A DNA stretch of 64,000 nucleotides from Eledone cirrhosa (GCA_964016885.1 OZ024743.1:183582001-183646000), one strand, 5' to 3'. Shown: positions 34,956-50,588, counted from the stretch's first letter. Made by a program: numbers and translations. Notes: a model not told the origin generated them from the letters alone.

Positions 34956-36719
34956 CTCTAGATGTTTGTTAATGTTCTGTGACTAGCAATCTTGTTTTTC
35001 AACTCTTACTAAATCAAGCATCCTCTTGACCAGTAAAGCTGCAATAGATTAATATTCAATCCAGAAAGGTGGAGTTGTGAAAGTATTTCCTCACTAGCTT
35101 AGTGTTTTGTAAGGCTGAGATAGGTTCCAACTCCATGTTAACCTGTATAACTGTGTATTTAATGTGATGAACTGTTGGAACGACAAAGAGACCAGTTAAG
35201 GCCTCCTTTAAATGGAAACCAGAAGTGGGGGCATAGGAAGCTAGACAAATCCCTCAAGATCTGCTTAAGATATTTGGAAGAAAACCTAATTTGACATGAC
35301 CTCTTGTCCCTCAATGCTCTATATGGAGCAAAGGGAACTAAAGAAGAAGATAAAGAAACGTGTACATTAAATTTGACTTCTTTCGATAGAAAGGCTGGTC
35401 TCTTAACTAAGAGATGATTACTCTTTCATTTGATGTTTAGATAAAGTCAATTAGGAAAGTTCTAGATTCTTAATGTTAGTATGTAAACATTTATTAGCAT
35501 AACCTAATGTCTTAATGACAGCAAACATTATCTGATAATTAGTATACAATAACTGTATATAACACTTGACTATAAATATCTTCCTTTTTATCAACATTTG
35601 ATGTCCACATCAGTTTAACAACTGTCCATTACTGAACTACAGACAGTTTTACTGTCTAATATAACAATATCTGGTTTATCACGTCTGAATTTAACAATTA
35701 TCTTTAACCAAAGATTTCCATTTATATTCCTTATCATTACAGGACATAGCTGCATACATATATGAGAGTGACAGCGAAGTGTGTTAGTGCAGAAAAGAAT
35801 TACAAAGACATTATTTTTTAGCTTCTTCAGGGATGTATATTGAAAAAATATGTATACACACAAAGACATACATGGTAGAGTTGGGGCTATAATAAATTGC
35901 ATCTAGCCCACACTGAAAAGTGGTAGGGCTGGGACAAAAAGCATCCATTCCGCATTGTAAAGTGATAGTGCTGGTGCCGTGATAAAAAACACCCAGTCCA
36001 TCCTATAAGGTGGTAGTGCTGGTACCATGATAAAATACTCCCAGTGTATATAAAATGGAATATATGAGCAAAACATGGTCACCTAACCTGTCTAGCCACA
36101 GTACATGATGACATGTCTAACATGGAAAGTATGGAAAAAAACATAATGATGTCTTATGTGAAGTGATATAGTTATCGTTCATTGAAAAATCAACTTTGAT
36201 CTATGTTAGTGATTTTTTTTTTATTGAAGTATTTATTAGTCTGAGATGGATATATTGGTGAAGGATTATTCCTGTACAGAACATGGAATGGAAGGAATAA
36301 ACTTCCATGTGTTTTGATGAAGAGTCCAACCCTTGCTAGCAGGGAAAGCAGACATTAAAACGATGATGATGATGATGATGATTCCAGTTATTTGATCAAT
36401 GAAAATAACCTATAACCTGTTCGTGAAATTAATGTGTAAGTGGCTGAGTATTCCACAGATACACGTACTCATAGCGTAATTCTCAGGGAAATTCAGCAGG
36501 ACACTAAATGTAACAAGTCTTGTGCATTGCATTATAGCTATAATCTATCTGATAAGCTTCCAAACAGTTTCTGTCTACCCAATTTCGCTGACAAGGCCAG
36601 GGTCAATCCAAGGATATGGTAAATGACACTTGCTCCAGATGCAATGAGATAAAATGTAGTAGTTAATGATTGTAAAACAACCTCACTCATTCATCTATGC
36701 TGCAGCCAAGAGGAGCTAT

Positions 36720-37095
36720 AGAATACAATCGGGATATAAGTGGCCGAAATGGGGTTCCTCCGAAGGTTCTTTGGAGTAATGTTACTTGATAGAGTGTGTA
36801 GCTTGGAGATCAGAGAGTTACTCCAGCTAGAGCCGCTACTTCTCCAATTTGAGAGATCACAGCTCAAATACTATGGTCATGTGGTTAGAATGTCTCAAGA
36901 AGAATCGCTGGACAGATGTTACGGGCAAAACCAACCAGCAAGAGACCCAGAGGTAGACCCACCTCAAGCAAGATGGTTGGATAACATCTGTGAGCTCGGC
37001 TAGTCTCACTTGAGGATCCAGCCGGATTAATTGGAGTTAGTTGCTTCTGACGGGACCCAATGGAAGGCATGCTTGATGACTCTGCCCCCATGACA
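36720..37095 (+). mobile_element. Rex3/Expander-like RTE 3' relic; further copies at about 39500-40025 (-) and 60400-61030 (+)
   Basis: AEMGFLRR...LLDRV...LEPLLLQFERSQLKYYGHVVRM. Confidence 0.75.
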
Positions 37096-37911
37096 AGTGA
37101 GCAAAGAAATGTTTCAGAATATTGCAATTCTGGAGATAAAATGTTAGATGTTTTAGTGCAAAATTTTGAGAGTGAAGCAGGATAGGAATGAATATAAGAA
37201 TGAGACAAATAGATGGTAAGATGTATGGTTATTGCAGTGGGTAGGAAACATAGCTTGTTATTTAAAGGTACCACCACCATTGTAATAGTCATATGGTGGT
37301 GGTGTCAGTGAAGGAAAGCTTGGCAATCAGTTGGATGGTTTTTTTTGAAGTGAAAGGATGTCTAGTTTCTGTTTTTTATGTGTAATAACTGTATTGCTTT
37401 TAGATTTGTGATCAGTTCTGTGGTGTATATGGCCATCAGCTGTTCAGAGTTGAAATAGTTTCAGACCGAGGAGACCCAGTCTTTGAGATGTAGTTTTAGC
37501 TATATTAACTCAACATGCAGTAGCAAGACATGAATAGCAACCATTTAACTGATAAATTAAGTTTAGTTGATAAAAATATTTTGCTTTTGATAATATTATG
37601 TATGATAAGTGTTGTTACTAATTGCATTTAATATATTATTAACATATTTATTTAAATCACATATTTTGAATGCACCTGCATTTTAAAATATTTAATAAAT
37701 TATTTCTAATTCATATGAAAAAGTGTTTAGCATAATTGACTGCATCACATTAAATATGTCTTGAGTCTAATACTACAAATTTGCAAAGCAGTATTTCCAC
37801 AAGTAAAGATAATATAAACATTTAAATTAAACTCATTTCAAGAAATATTCTGTTAAATTTTTTCAGGAGTTAAAAATATGTGCTCTCTGTATGAAAATAT
37901 TAGAAATTGAA

Positions 37912-38190
37912 GATGTGGGACTCACTTCATGATTGTAGTTTCAATTCCTGGTGGTGTGTTATTACCTTTGGCAAGACACTTTATTTCATTTTGCTCCCGT
38001 ACAGTCAGTTGGCAAAAATGAACTGTTCCTGTAATTGAAAGGGCCAGTTTTACCATACACTGTTACATTGAATCTTCCTGAGAATTATGTTATGGGTACA
38101 CATGTTTATGGAAAGCTCAGACACTTATATATTAATTTCATGAGCAGGCTGTTCTGTTGTCTGTACACTCATTGTCGGAACTAACAAAGA
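37912..38190 (+). mobile_element. Decayed CORE-type SINE; related minus-strand copies at about 36385-36640, 41815-42090 and 48590-48745
   Basis: GGCAAGACACTTTATTTCA core shared with the 5528 SINE. Confidence 0.65.
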
Positions 38191-41100
38191 TCCAACACAC
38201 ACATCAGAAGTTTTAATAAGTATTGAAGGTTTTAGCTATGAGTAGAAAAGACATTGTTTTTGTGACTTGGACTATAATATCCAATACCTTTATCATTCTG
38301 TCTGCAGGGCACAACCCAATTACCGCTCAAACTGGGGTGTAGAGTCTGTTTCTCTCTCCCATTCTTTTGTTGCTTAATTCTCTTTTTTCTTTTTCTTTTT
38401 CTTTTTCTTTTTCTTTTTAAATATTATTTTTTGTAAAGTGTTTGTTTTGGTGTCACAACAAAAACAGTGCCCAGCTCACACTATAAAGTGGTTGTGTAGG
38501 TGTCGCACCAAAAGTACCCAGTCCACACTGTAAATTAGGCTGGCATTAGGAAGGGCATCCAGCTGTAGACACCAAGTCAAAATCAGTTCTGTATGAGCAA
38601 GACATGGTGATCTGATCTGGCTTGTATCACAAAGGGACATTTCATCTAACCCATGCTAGTGTGGAAAATGGATGTTAAACGGTGATGATGATGATGTAAA
38701 TATTATTAAATGTACTTGCTGTTTCTCACACAATGAAGGAAACCAGGTTAAGTAACTTGGGGCATCAGTGTGTAATGGAACTCAGAACAGACATTTTGTT
38801 CTTTCAGTTTTAAGATGGTAATGTGTGTGTGTATGTCTGTGTCTACGTGTGTGTCTGTGTCAACGTTTGTGTGTGTGTCTACAGTTGTGTTTGTGTCCCA
38901 TAATTTAGGAGTTTGGCAAAAAAAAAAAAAGAAGTACCAGACTTGAAAAAATAATTTTGACTAAAACAGGTTCTCAAGCATGGCAGTAGTCTGACTGAAA
39001 CCAATAAAAGAATAAAAAACCAGACCAAATGTATAGTACTAGAAGCTGGAAGGAGTGTTTAAGGACTCTGCTCTCATCACCCTCCCAAGAATAAGTGGGC
39101 GAAGGAGAATGAAGAAAACTTTTTAAAAGGGAGGCTAATATATAGTCAGAATTTTAAATGCTCAAACACTTTTTCTGCTGGCTGCTTGAAATTTCAGGGC
39201 TTTTGGCTGACTCTCTAGAGAAAGGAGGGAAGGTTGATGGAATATTTAGCTGATTACTACTGGAATCCTCTACATGGTCACTTGACATGCTAGAAATAGT
39301 AGTCAAATATCTTCTCCGTCTATTTCACCCTATTGTCTTAAAGACTAAAGGACAACGATGCCCCTGGTATTAAAATCAACCTCACCCCCACCTGATAGTC
39401 ACAGCTTGAATGCCTTTGATCATGTCTGCTTGCTCAAGGCTGACATCGGGTTAAACATCAACTGAATTCTTCCTCTTCTTTCTTTTTTCTTTTTCTTCTT
39501 TGGCCACTTATTCCAGAGAAGGTCATATGGGCAAAGTCCTCAAACACTCCTTCCAGCAGGTCCTGTCAGAAGCAACTGATCCGGCTGAATCCCCAAGCGA
39601 GACCAGCCAAGCTCATGGATCTTATCCAACCATCTTGCTTGGGGTTTACCCCTGGCTCACCTACTAGTTGGTTTTGCCCATAAAATCTGTCCAGTGATTC
39701 ATTCTTGAGACATTCTAACCACATGCCCATAGTATCTGAGCTATGATCTCTCAATTCGGAGAAGTAGCAGCTCTACCTGGAGTGATTCTCTGATCTCAAG
39801 CTATGCACTCAGTTGAGCAATGTTACTCGGAAGAACCCCATTTTGGCCGCTTGTATTCAGTCATATTCTTTCGGTCATTACCCAAGATTCATGACCATAG
39901 GTAAGAGTTGGCACAAATACTGAATTGAAGATAGCGAGTTTGGCTTTTACACCTACCTCCCTTCTGAATGCTGAAGAAGGTGCATTACTGCACCAGCTCC
40001 TACAATTCTTGCACTTAATTCATCGACTGAAATGATGGTGTGGTCACTTCCCGAATGCCTTTTATCTATAGTTCTGCTTGATGAGACTGACCTAGAGCTA
40101 AAGAATCAATGAAAAAATAAAATTAAAAAGGTAGATGTCGATATGTATACGAATTTATGAACTTTTAAAACCACTTTGAAAAGTTTAAACTTGTGTTTTC
40201 AATTTAAAAAAAAAAAGGACTGAAATTCACCTCCCTCCTTTTTTATTTCATGCACCAATCCCCTCCCCCCACACACACAAAAATGAATTTTTACTATTGA
40301 GAAACAAAAAGAGCACTATTGTTTTTAATTTTTAGTTTGTTTATGATCTGTTAGAAAGGTCACTGCAGTTTCATCTTGCTATTTGACAGAGTATATTTTA
40401 TATTAAACTGAAACAATAACATTTGAAGAAACTTGTGCTGACCTCTCTATCCTCAAAAATTTGGTACAAATTTCAAATTTTTCTTCCTCTCGGTCTACTT
40501 AGCCAAGTTTTTACATTGATTATATGGCAAATATGATCACCAGAGTAGATGTCAGCTCCTGGCCACCTTTTTTTCTAATATTGTTTTAATGATTTATCAT
40601 AGCTTGAATATTTCCTCAAAGACAAGTTGTTAAGTCAACTCATTTCAAGCTGTTTCAAAATCTGAAAGACAGGCAGCCCACTTGAGGAAGGAGCCCCATG
40701 GGGTGGGATGCTGTTGCAGGAGGTATCTCTGGCCACTCTCTCTCTCGTAATGCCTTTGTCATTTTTTTTTTCAGGGCATTGCTGAGGTACCCTCCTTTCC
40801 CTTTCTTTCCTTGCTTGATTCTTTTTTTTCTTTTTCTTTTCATTTCCTTTTTTTTCTTTCTTTTTTGTTCTCTTTTTTTTTTGTTTTTTTTAATAGTGTT
40901 TTTTTGTATAAAAAGCTTTGTAGAAATATATGCTGTATCGTATTTGGACATTGTGTTTCTAGGACTAACTACATCATCAGATATATAATTTCAATCTTTG
41001 TTTAAGACTGTGATTCGATGGGTCTGGCTGATATTTTCAACAAGTCAATTGACAATTTAAAGGCTCTTTCATTCATTGGGATAGGGAGAAGTTTTTTTCT

Positions 41101-43357
41101 TTTTCTAATTTCACGTTTTGCTGACACTATAAGTTTTCAGCTGTCAGTCATCTTGTTTCATTTCATATGTAGAAAGAAATAGAAAAGCTAAAGAAGACCA
41201 AGAGAAAAAACTTCCCATTTCCACACATTTATTAGAAATATGAAGCGATCTTGTCTCTGCCAAATTAAAGAAAAACTCTATAGTTCATCGTATTGAATGT
41301 TAAAAGATTTCTTAGAATATGTTAGCAGGTGTTAAGGGGGAAAACTAGGGCGGCAAGGCATTATAAAAAACTGTTGATGCAGCAGTTAAGATTGTTGACA
41401 TCGGTCTTGTAATTTCTTAGTATATTCTAGTAACACCACACCACCGAAAACAAACAAAGGGGTGGGTATGAGACCTCTCGATCTGCTAGAAATAACAGTC
41501 AAACATCTCCCAAATTACATCTTGTGTTGTACTTTGTATAGTTTTGGCAAGGTTTTAATGGTTAGATGCCCTTCCTATTATAACCACCTGACTGTGGACT
41601 GAGTGAATTATTCATGCCTCCAGTACTAGAGAATTTACCTTACTGGAATAAATGTCCTGTCTACCATGTATCAGTTTTTATTCAGAGTGACTGTCTTCTA
41701 GATGGGGTGCTTTCTCCATGGTTTATGGAGCCCACGTCTACCCTATACTATCTTATATAACTAAAGAACAAATTAGATAATACATTGGACCTTTGTTGAT
41801 GTTGACAATTAATGTTCCAGTTGATTCGATCAACAGAACAACCTTCACGTGAAATTAACTTGCAAATGGCTGAGTATTCCACTGACACACATACCTATAA
41901 CATAGTTCTCAGGGAGATTCAGTATAATACAATTTGTGACAAGACAAAACTGGCTTTTTGAGCTACAGATACAACTTATTTTTACCTGCCAAGTGAAATA
42001 GAACGTGAAATAAAGTGTCTTGCTCAAAGACACAGCACACAACTTTGATTGCTGGCTGAATACCCTAACTACTAAACCACAGCACACCTTTATTACATTG
42101 GATTATATATATCCACCAAAACACCAAAAATTTTGCGATAGTCACAACTGGAATAATATAAACTATAAAATCTGTTTGACTTGGGGTTAAACAACAGCAC
42201 AAAAAATAAATTACTTTTACTAAATGACATAATATTGAAGGGGAAGTTCTTGTTTATATTTTTGAGGGATTTTATTGATGGACGTTCTTTCTAGCCCAAA
42301 CTACTCTTCAAACTATATTTTAAGTAATGTTACTTAATTATTGATAAGTAAACTTTCTTGTCCTACTTATTCATGAACCTATGATGGAAGTTGTTCCAGC
42401 TATGATGGAAAGAGACAGCATTCATCCTCTGTAGTGCTCGTGCCTGAATAAATTGTATCCAGTACACTCTATTAAGTGGTTGGTGTTAAGAAGGGCATCC
42501 AGTCATAGAAACCATGCCAGAAATGGAAACTACAATTAAGACATGGTCTCATAACACATCGAAGTAGGACAGTAACAGCCCATCCAACCCATAACAGCCC
42601 ATCCAACCCATGCAAGCCTGGAAACTTGTTATAAAAGGATGATGATGATGCCCTTGAACGCATTAATGCTAAGTCATCTTGTGGTTGACATATATACTAA
42701 CAACTGATTTTGTTCTTGTTACGTCAGTGTTTCTGCCTTTTTATCAAGAGAACCAACTACTCAGAATAAACTGTATATTATTACTTTGTTATACAATCTC
42801 TATGACTATCTTGGAAGGTTTATCACATTGACTATTTTTATTTGGTTTACACATAATTTTAACATGCACATTGAATATATTCTTGTGTGTGTGTGTTTAT
42901 GATACTCAAACATGTACATACACACACACACGCACATAAATCTTTATTTATAAATTGCCATTATGATAAGTTTATTTATATTAGGAAAAAATGTATTTGT
43001 TCATCATTGTCACCATTGCTATTGCTATCATCATCATCAACATTGCCTGTATTTAACAATCTTTGCTTTTAATATGGCCACTATTGAATCCATGCCATCA
43101 ATGAGGACGGCAATTACGTTGAATATATTTGATTTTTGGAGTCCTGTATGACTATGTCATAAAAACCAAGTTTACTGGACATATGGACACTCATACAAAC
43201 TGGGAAATTTGCATTTTGATAAATTACTGGTTTGTATAAGAGAAACTCTATAGTTTATGTTGATTACTGATGTGTAGAAGTGATTAAAGATCTTCATCAT
43301 TATTTAATGTTTGATTTCCCTACTAGCAAGGGTTGGACAGTTCTTCACAGACCAATT

Positions 43358-43520
43358 CAGTACTGAAGTTGGACTACTGACCTCCCAGACCAGGTGTTGA
43401 ACTGAAGTTCATCTACTGACCTATCAGATAGACCAGGTGTAGTACTGAAGTTGGTCTCCTGACCTTCCAGACAGGCCAGGTGTAGTACTGAAGTTGGACT
43501 TCTGACTTGCCAGACAAGAC
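43358..43520. repeat. About 40-bp tandem repeat, about 4 copies
   Basis: Recurrent ACTGAAGTT...CTGACCT...AGACCAGGTGT. Confidence 0.75.
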
Positions 43521-43999
43521 TGGTGTCCACACCTCGATTACATACAGTCCCATGTCTTACCATATGTATTATATCACAACAGCATCACTTTTGAGACTGA
43601 AGGGTCCATCCAACCCTTTGTTTGACACATTTTCTATGGCTGGTTGCCCTTCCCATCACCAACCACTTTACATTGTGTACTGGGTGCATTTATCATGTAG
43701 ATCACCAAACACTAGAGAGATTGTCATGTCTTTGATACAACTGAAGGGTCCATTCAACCCTTTGTTTGGCATGTTTTTTACAGCTGGGTGCCCTTCCTAT
43801 TGCCAACCACCTTACAGGGTGTACTGGGTGCATTTTCTAGAGAGGTTGATGATTATTGTCTCAACTGAAAAGCATTCCTTGCTTTGTGGGGGTTGGGGAG
43901 CAAAAGGAGAAGGAAGATAAGTATGAAGTTATGGATGTATGGCAAGTATGAATTGATGAATAAGTGGGAAGGGGGCATCAGTCAGGTTACAATGAATGC

Positions 44000-44505
44000 T
44001 GGTGACTAGCTCTTCATCAGTACAGCATAGTACCAGCCCTTGTGGTTCTTTGTCATCTCTTGTGAGGTTTAGTTTCTTAAGGTCAGTCTCCTCTACCTTG
44101 TTCTAAGTCTTCCTGGGTCTGCCTCTTCCATGGGATTTCCCTGCATCTCTTTATACAGCTGCCATCTTCCATACACATAGCATGTTCATACCAGCTCAGT
44201 CGTCTCTCTTGCACACTACATCCAATTCCTCTTATGCTGAGTTTTCCTCTCAGTTCACTTATGTTGCATTGTTCATGCACACTGACATTACACATCTTTT
44301 GGAGCCTACTCCATTTCTTTCTAGCTTTCTCAGATCTGCAGCCATGGTCCATGTTTCATTGGCATGTAGCATTGCAGGCCTCAGATACTCTACCCTTCAA
44401 CTCTAAGAGAGAAGCCCTTTGTTGTCAGCAGAGGTACCAGCTCCTTAAACTTCTTCCTGCCTGTTCTTATCACATTTACATAGAAGCCTCCTCCACTGCT
44501 GATTG
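44000..44505 (-). mobile_element. Old RTE C-terminal relic (others at about 46050-46340 (-) and 59780-60125 (+))
   Basis: ELRGKLSIRGIGCSVQERRLSWY. Confidence 0.75.
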
Positions 44506-45018
44506 ATAAGAATAATATTTTAATAATTTATTTCTATGATATAATTTCACAAATGTTCAGCATAAATGTACAAATAACATATAGGATTACTCCTACATAT
44601 AGGAGTAACTTTGGAAAAATAACTATTTACAACAACAAATGTAGGATACAGCTGAGTTCCTCCATAAAATCAGATCATCAGCAGCCCGTCTGAGGAAGGC
44701 ACCCCACGAGGTGGGGTGGCTGTTGCAGCAGGTGTCACTAGCCATTGTCTGCTGAAATGCTTTTGCAGTATTGTTTGCAGGGCCCTGCCCCAAGTATAGA
44801 GGCTTTCACCCTCTTTACTTCCCCCTCTCTTTCTGCCGTGGCCTCATAGTCCTTGCTTTTCCCTCCTTTTCCTCACATTTATGGCATTTTCTCCTACTTT
44901 CCTATACAGTCAGATCTCATGAAAACATAATCAGTGAAGAAATCATATTTATATAACTGTTTCACAGATTTCACACAGATGGTAGAGCTCTAGATGTATC
45001 TTAGAATTTTGCATTTAA

Positions 45019-45231
45019 CCCTTTAGCATTTACATTACTCTATATTTACTATTGTATTTTCACAGTAAAGACTCTACCTCATAATTATCTCACATAATAT
45101 TGAATCTATGCGATTTTGATATCATTTATTTTGAGAACAAGACCTTAACATCAATGGCCGGTTACAACCAGTTTTAACAGAAAGAGGTGTGCGAATTCTG
45201 GCCAGATATAGCCGGTTTAAATGTTAAAGGG
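45019..45231. mobile_element. piggyBac-like MITE, same family as 28276-28494
   Basis: TTAA|CCCTTTAGCATTTA...TAAATGTTAAAGGG|TTAA. Confidence 0.82.
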
Positions 45232-45873
45232 TTAAACATTGATCACTTACTCTTTTATCTCATCCTTAGAATAAATACCAGTGATATACTGGTGTTCAAT
45301 TCCATACTTTCCTGTTCTTTTATCCCCTCCTTGGGGAAAAAAGAATCTTTGGTATTGTTTATAAAATCATATTCTACCTTGTATCTTCTAAAGTTAATTT
45401 GGCACAGATGCAGCTAAATTGATCACAAGATCTGGAGCAAAATGTCTGGAATTTTAGTTTAGTTTGTATGAAATGATAACGGAAATGTTCTTATGAAATA
45501 TATGTAACTTTCTATGACGTTAGACTTTCTTTCTATTGTCATTGGTAAATATAAAAGTAGTTATCTTCATTTATCTGCATGGAAAAGGAAAGAAAAAATC
45601 ATTCTCATAACCTGACAATGTAATTTGGAGGATGTATTAATAATAATAATAATAATAATAATAAGAGGGAAGAAAAAAAGAGCACTGTCTATCTATTTAT
45701 AAGAAGCTTAATGTTTATCATCATCATATCTGTTTTTCCATACTTTTCATGGGTTAGACAAGTCTTCTTCAGCGCAATGCCTCTCCTCCTCTTCTTTCTA
45801 TCCTTTGTCATCTCCTTTGTGAGTTTCATCATCCTGAGATCAGCAGTCACCACAATTGACCAGGTTTTTCTTT

Positions 45874-45932
<59 letters not shown>

Positions 45933-46463
45933 TCATCATTATCATCATCTTTTCAACCACTTTTCTATTCTTGCATGGGTTGGACCAATTCTTCTAAAGC
46001 ACAGTTTTCCACCACCTGTTACATTCCTTTGTCATTTCCCTTGTGAGGACCAGGATCCTGGGATCAGTTCTTACCACTTCCACCCAGGTGTTCCATGCTT
46101 CATTATTCTTGTACATTAACATTACACATCCAGCAGAACACATTAGCCTCAAGTCTTTCTAATCTTCACACCTACCTATCCAATGTTCATGTTTCACTAC
46201 CATGTAATACTACACTTCAAATGCAAGTGTCATATAATTTATCCTTTGCTTGGAGAGAGAATCCTTTTTATTGTCACACAGAAGTAATAGCTCCCTGAAG
46301 TTGTTCCATCCTGTGTCTGGGACATGGAATCTCCCCCACCAGATTTGAGCGATGTAGTTCTTCTTTTCTTTAAGGAGGGTGATAAGCACTACTGCAATAA
46401 CTGCCAAGGAATAATTCCAAGATAGTTATTGTGGCCAAGATATTTGCCACCACTTCACTACAA

Positions 46464-46505
<42 letters not shown>

Positions 46506-48129
46506 TGTGTGTGTATGCATATATGTGTGTGCATGTCTATATATGTGTGTGTGTATATGTATATATATATATATGTATATATATGTGTTTATATATATAT
46601 ATATAATGTATATATATGAGGAAGAAGTAACCAGAGCAAGGAGAGAGAGAGAGAGATGTGTGGTTAAATGATGTTGGAGTGGGGGATGCTGGTAGTGAGG
46701 AAAGAAAAACAAGGAATGGTGAAGTAGTGAGCTAGAGACTGTACATTCCTTATGAAAACAATAACAATACAAAGAAAAAAAAAAGAAAAAAAAAACAAAA
46801 AACAGATTTACTTAAATCAATATTTAGAAGTAACCCCCTGCCCTGCCCCTCCCGGAAGTTGACTTTGGAGTGAGAGCTTTTGGCTTCGAACTGAAATGTT
46901 GAGGTATCAAATTCCAAGTTCCAATGCTCCTTAATAGGATCTATCGTGTGGTAGGCTGGTTTGTTGTTTCTTTATCTCCCCTCCCCTCTTGTTCCACAAA
47001 GTACACAACAATACCAAGATGTAACATTTTCATCACAAGCACCAGATACAGAGGGGAAAAGAAAGAAAACGTTTCCATGTTGTTATTTGAAACTATTCTG
47101 TTATTGGGAGAATGTTCCGAAAAATAATGAATTTCAACATTTTGCTTTGTTTAAATTTGGAGGGGTCGGGTGGCTTGAGAGTGCTGCTCCCCATATATTA
47201 GGTGAGGACCACATCTGGCAAGTTTGACCATGTTGCCTCCACTACTGCACATATACATACATAGACATACTACTACACACACATACTCACACTACCACAC
47301 TGAAGCTGTTGAAAAAGCAGATGATTCAATCTGTCATTTTTCCTCTTACTTTCTTGTGTTTGTGTAACTTGTCCAGGTAATATTTACCTGGACAAATACA
47401 CAAGAGTGACAAACTCAGAGTAGTGTCAGTATGAACCACCAGATTCAAATGAATCTCTCCCTTTCTTTCTCCTCCTCTCCCTCACTTTCTCTCCTCTTTC
47501 CCACCCTCTTCTCTCTCACAGTCATTTTATCAGTAAAATCAATAGAGTGTAAGATAGACTTTATTGCTGTATGGTGATGGTTTGACAAGTGTTTCATCTT
47601 CCAGTATAGAGTTTAAATATTTATGGTGAGTACAGCTGCACTAGTCTCACAATAATTAATGAATCAATGCCTTAACCTTTTTGTTACCATATTCCTAGTG
47701 AAGATATTCAAGACTTTGCAAAGATTCCATAATATTACTTACTCATTAAGCCAGTGTTTGGAACATAACTTAACAAAGGTTCTTACATAAAATTTCAATG
47801 GAAGGTTTTTAGATAAATATTGAAAAAAACATAACAGATGTATAATAGCTCCTTTGCCTGTCCAGATCAGCAGCCCTCATTTCAGTATTGACTTTGTCTA
47901 TGTAGACCCATCCAACTCTTGCTAGCTGGGACAGAGGAAGTTAAAACAACGATGATAATGATGTTAAAGTCTTTGCAACAAAGTTTTGCATCATTTAATC
48001 AGGGGAAGTTTCATGTGGTTTGGTACAAAATGGTATAGACAAAGAAGAGAAGGAAAACTAGGATAATTACTAGAGGATTGTGGTATCTTCTGCTAATAAC
48101 AGTGAATATGTATACACACTATCTTCCCA

Positions 48130-48360
48130 TTTCGTGGTGGTAAACCCCTCATGTGGGATGCCACATACAGCAACACATTCGCCAATGGCAACCTGGTGCA
48201 GTCTACGACTAGCCCTGGCTCTGCTGCACTTCAGGCTGAGGAGGGAAAATTCTTCAAATATTGGTTGCTCTCCGGCAGGTTTGCAGTTGATCCCGTAGCA
48301 ATGGAGATTTCTGGTGTCCTTGGCCCTAGGACCACCTCCTTACTCACCATCATCTGTACT
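48130..48360 (+). mobile_element. Decayed CRE-type endonuclease fragment
   Basis: GKPLMWDATYSNTF...AEEGKFFKY...PVAMEISGVLGP. Confidence 0.7.
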
Positions 48361-49099
48361 GGAGTCAACTATTTACTCCACCTACTTACAAAACTGTACT
48401 GGACTCAACATTCTACCCTGGAGTCAACTTACAAAACTTGCTGTCTGTGGTAGTATATTGAAATAATTTCTCTATCATTTCTCAACTAAAAAAAAAATAG
48501 GAATTGATCAACAAAATCCCAGATCTTATTCACTTACCGAGTGGAGTGGAACTCATCAAATCAGACCAAGGAAACAATAATTCCATTGTTATTTCCATTG
48601 CTGATATTATCTACTGGTTGAAAATCTTGGCAGACAGAGCAACATGAAATAAAGTGTCTTGCTCAAAGACACTTGTATCACTTGTTTCAGGAACCAACCT
48701 CGCAACGTCATGATTGCTAATCCAATTCTCTAACCACTATGAACCTTCACAATAACTTTATTTAAAGCTTCATCATAGCGTTGTGTGTGTATAATATTTT
48801 GATTAATGTGTCTTTAATACCTGTTTTATATCGTTCGTTTGAAATGTTGAGATTTCCTAAGTGTTTTAACCTTTTCCAATATTGACGAGAGAAAATATTT
48901 CTAACAGTGCATTTTCTTTCTTGTTTCTTATTCTTTTTCTTCAATCAGTCGATTGTTTGCTATTTACAAATTCCTTGACACAGTTCAAGTAATATCTCAT
49001 AACGAGAGGCATAGTCAAAGATATATTGAATTAGCAGCTCATCCAGCCTGAGTTTAAATTCACACTAGATATTTCATTTTTACAGAAAAATCAAAATAT

Positions 49100-49722
49100 A
49101 TTCTTCAGAACATCTGTTGAATCAGTGTCGTTGCATGGATCAGGTACATGGACCCTGACACAAGCACTACAGTCAATGTTGTTGTATGGATTAGGTACAT
49201 GCCCTTGACTCAAACACTTGAGTCAGTGTTATTGTATGGATCAGGTACATGGACCCTGGTACAAGCACTTGAATCAGTGTTGTATGGATCAGCTAGATGG
49301 ATCTTGACACAAGCACTTGAGCCAGTGTTGTTGTATGAATCAGGTACATGGACCTTGACACAAGCACTTGAGAAGAAACTAGATGGGGCATACACTAAAA
49401 TAGTTAGGGTTGTATAAAACACAAAATGGTGTCAGTGTATTACAAGTGAAAGTTTATACAGAAACTTGCTGAAGATAACAACTTCAATTACTCAAAGACT
49501 TATGATTTGCAGGACATTGCTGGAGAAGTAAGCATGAAGTTATACACAAGCTACTATTGTGGGAACCAACTTATGGGAGATGCAGTAGAAGACCTGCTTG
49601 AACCTTGATCAATCAACTCTCAGACGATACAAACTTCAGTGGGGAACAGTTGCCAGGAGCAATGGAAAATCAGGAATTGTGGAGAGACTTTGTCAGGAAT
49701 GTTTGACTGTGGTCTCAATGAT
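49100..49722 (+). mobile_element. RTE-type LINE 3' relic with an internal ~51-bp unit amplified 5 times
   Basis: ESVLLYGSGTWTLTQAL repeats, then LEKKLDGAYTK and AGHCWR. Confidence 0.8.
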
Positions 49723-50588
49723 TATTTTGTTGTATATTTTGGCTGTACACTCAATTTCACTAGCTGTCAAGAATAACTATTAGATTGTCTCAGAGTATTA
49801 CTGGTCATAAACGGCTGTATTCAATTTCTTTTTTCTTCTCCAGGATAATCTCCTATTCCTTTTAAAAGACATGTCCATTTCTAGATGTTGCTTGTTATGG
49901 TGGGGTTTATATGTATCTAAAATACAATACTCTTGAATTAACTGCTAAGATTTTAAGGTAATAATATATTAAACTCTATAAACATTGATTTGAGAGAGAA
50001 AGAGCAATAGGACCACTGAAAAGATGTGAACCAATTATTTTATTTTTCTACTATACTTTTTTAAAATCCTGAAATTATTTATTTACAATTGTATAAATAA
50101 CATTACCAATACAAAACACACTATTAAAGGGAACAAAAAAAAAGAAATAAAAAGAATAAAAAAAAGAATCAAACAATGAAAGAAAGGGAGAGGGTGAGAG
50201 ACAAACACTACACCCCAGTCTGAGTGGTGCCTCAGCTGCACACCACAGACAAAATAGCAAAGGCATTACCATGGAGAATGGCTAGAAACAGCCACCCCAC
50301 TTTACAGAGCTCCCTCTTCAAATAAGTCACTGTCTTATCATTTGATAGGCACCTATGTTATGGCCATTCCTTCATCCTAATTTCCTTTGTCTTCTCTCTG
50401 TTTTATACCACTTGCTATATATTACAATGGTTACTGAGATAATTTTGGACTTTTGCCTAATTGATAATGTAATTAAAGCTGCTTTGCCTGGTGTTAATCA
50501 ATGAATCACTTGTTAAATAAAACTGAAATATATTGGCAGTTAAACAATACATGGGGCAAACAAAGTTATGTACTTTACCCAGGAGTAA

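Noticed and set aside
40941-40985. Minus-strand CTGATGA...GAAAC...GTC
   Set aside because: Stem II is only 3 bp and there is no convincing stem I; compatible with chance.
40655-40988. Lys-rich and Phe-rich ORFs
   Set aside because: They derive from a T-rich low-complexity tail of an unclassified repeat, with related pieces near 44680 and 50200.
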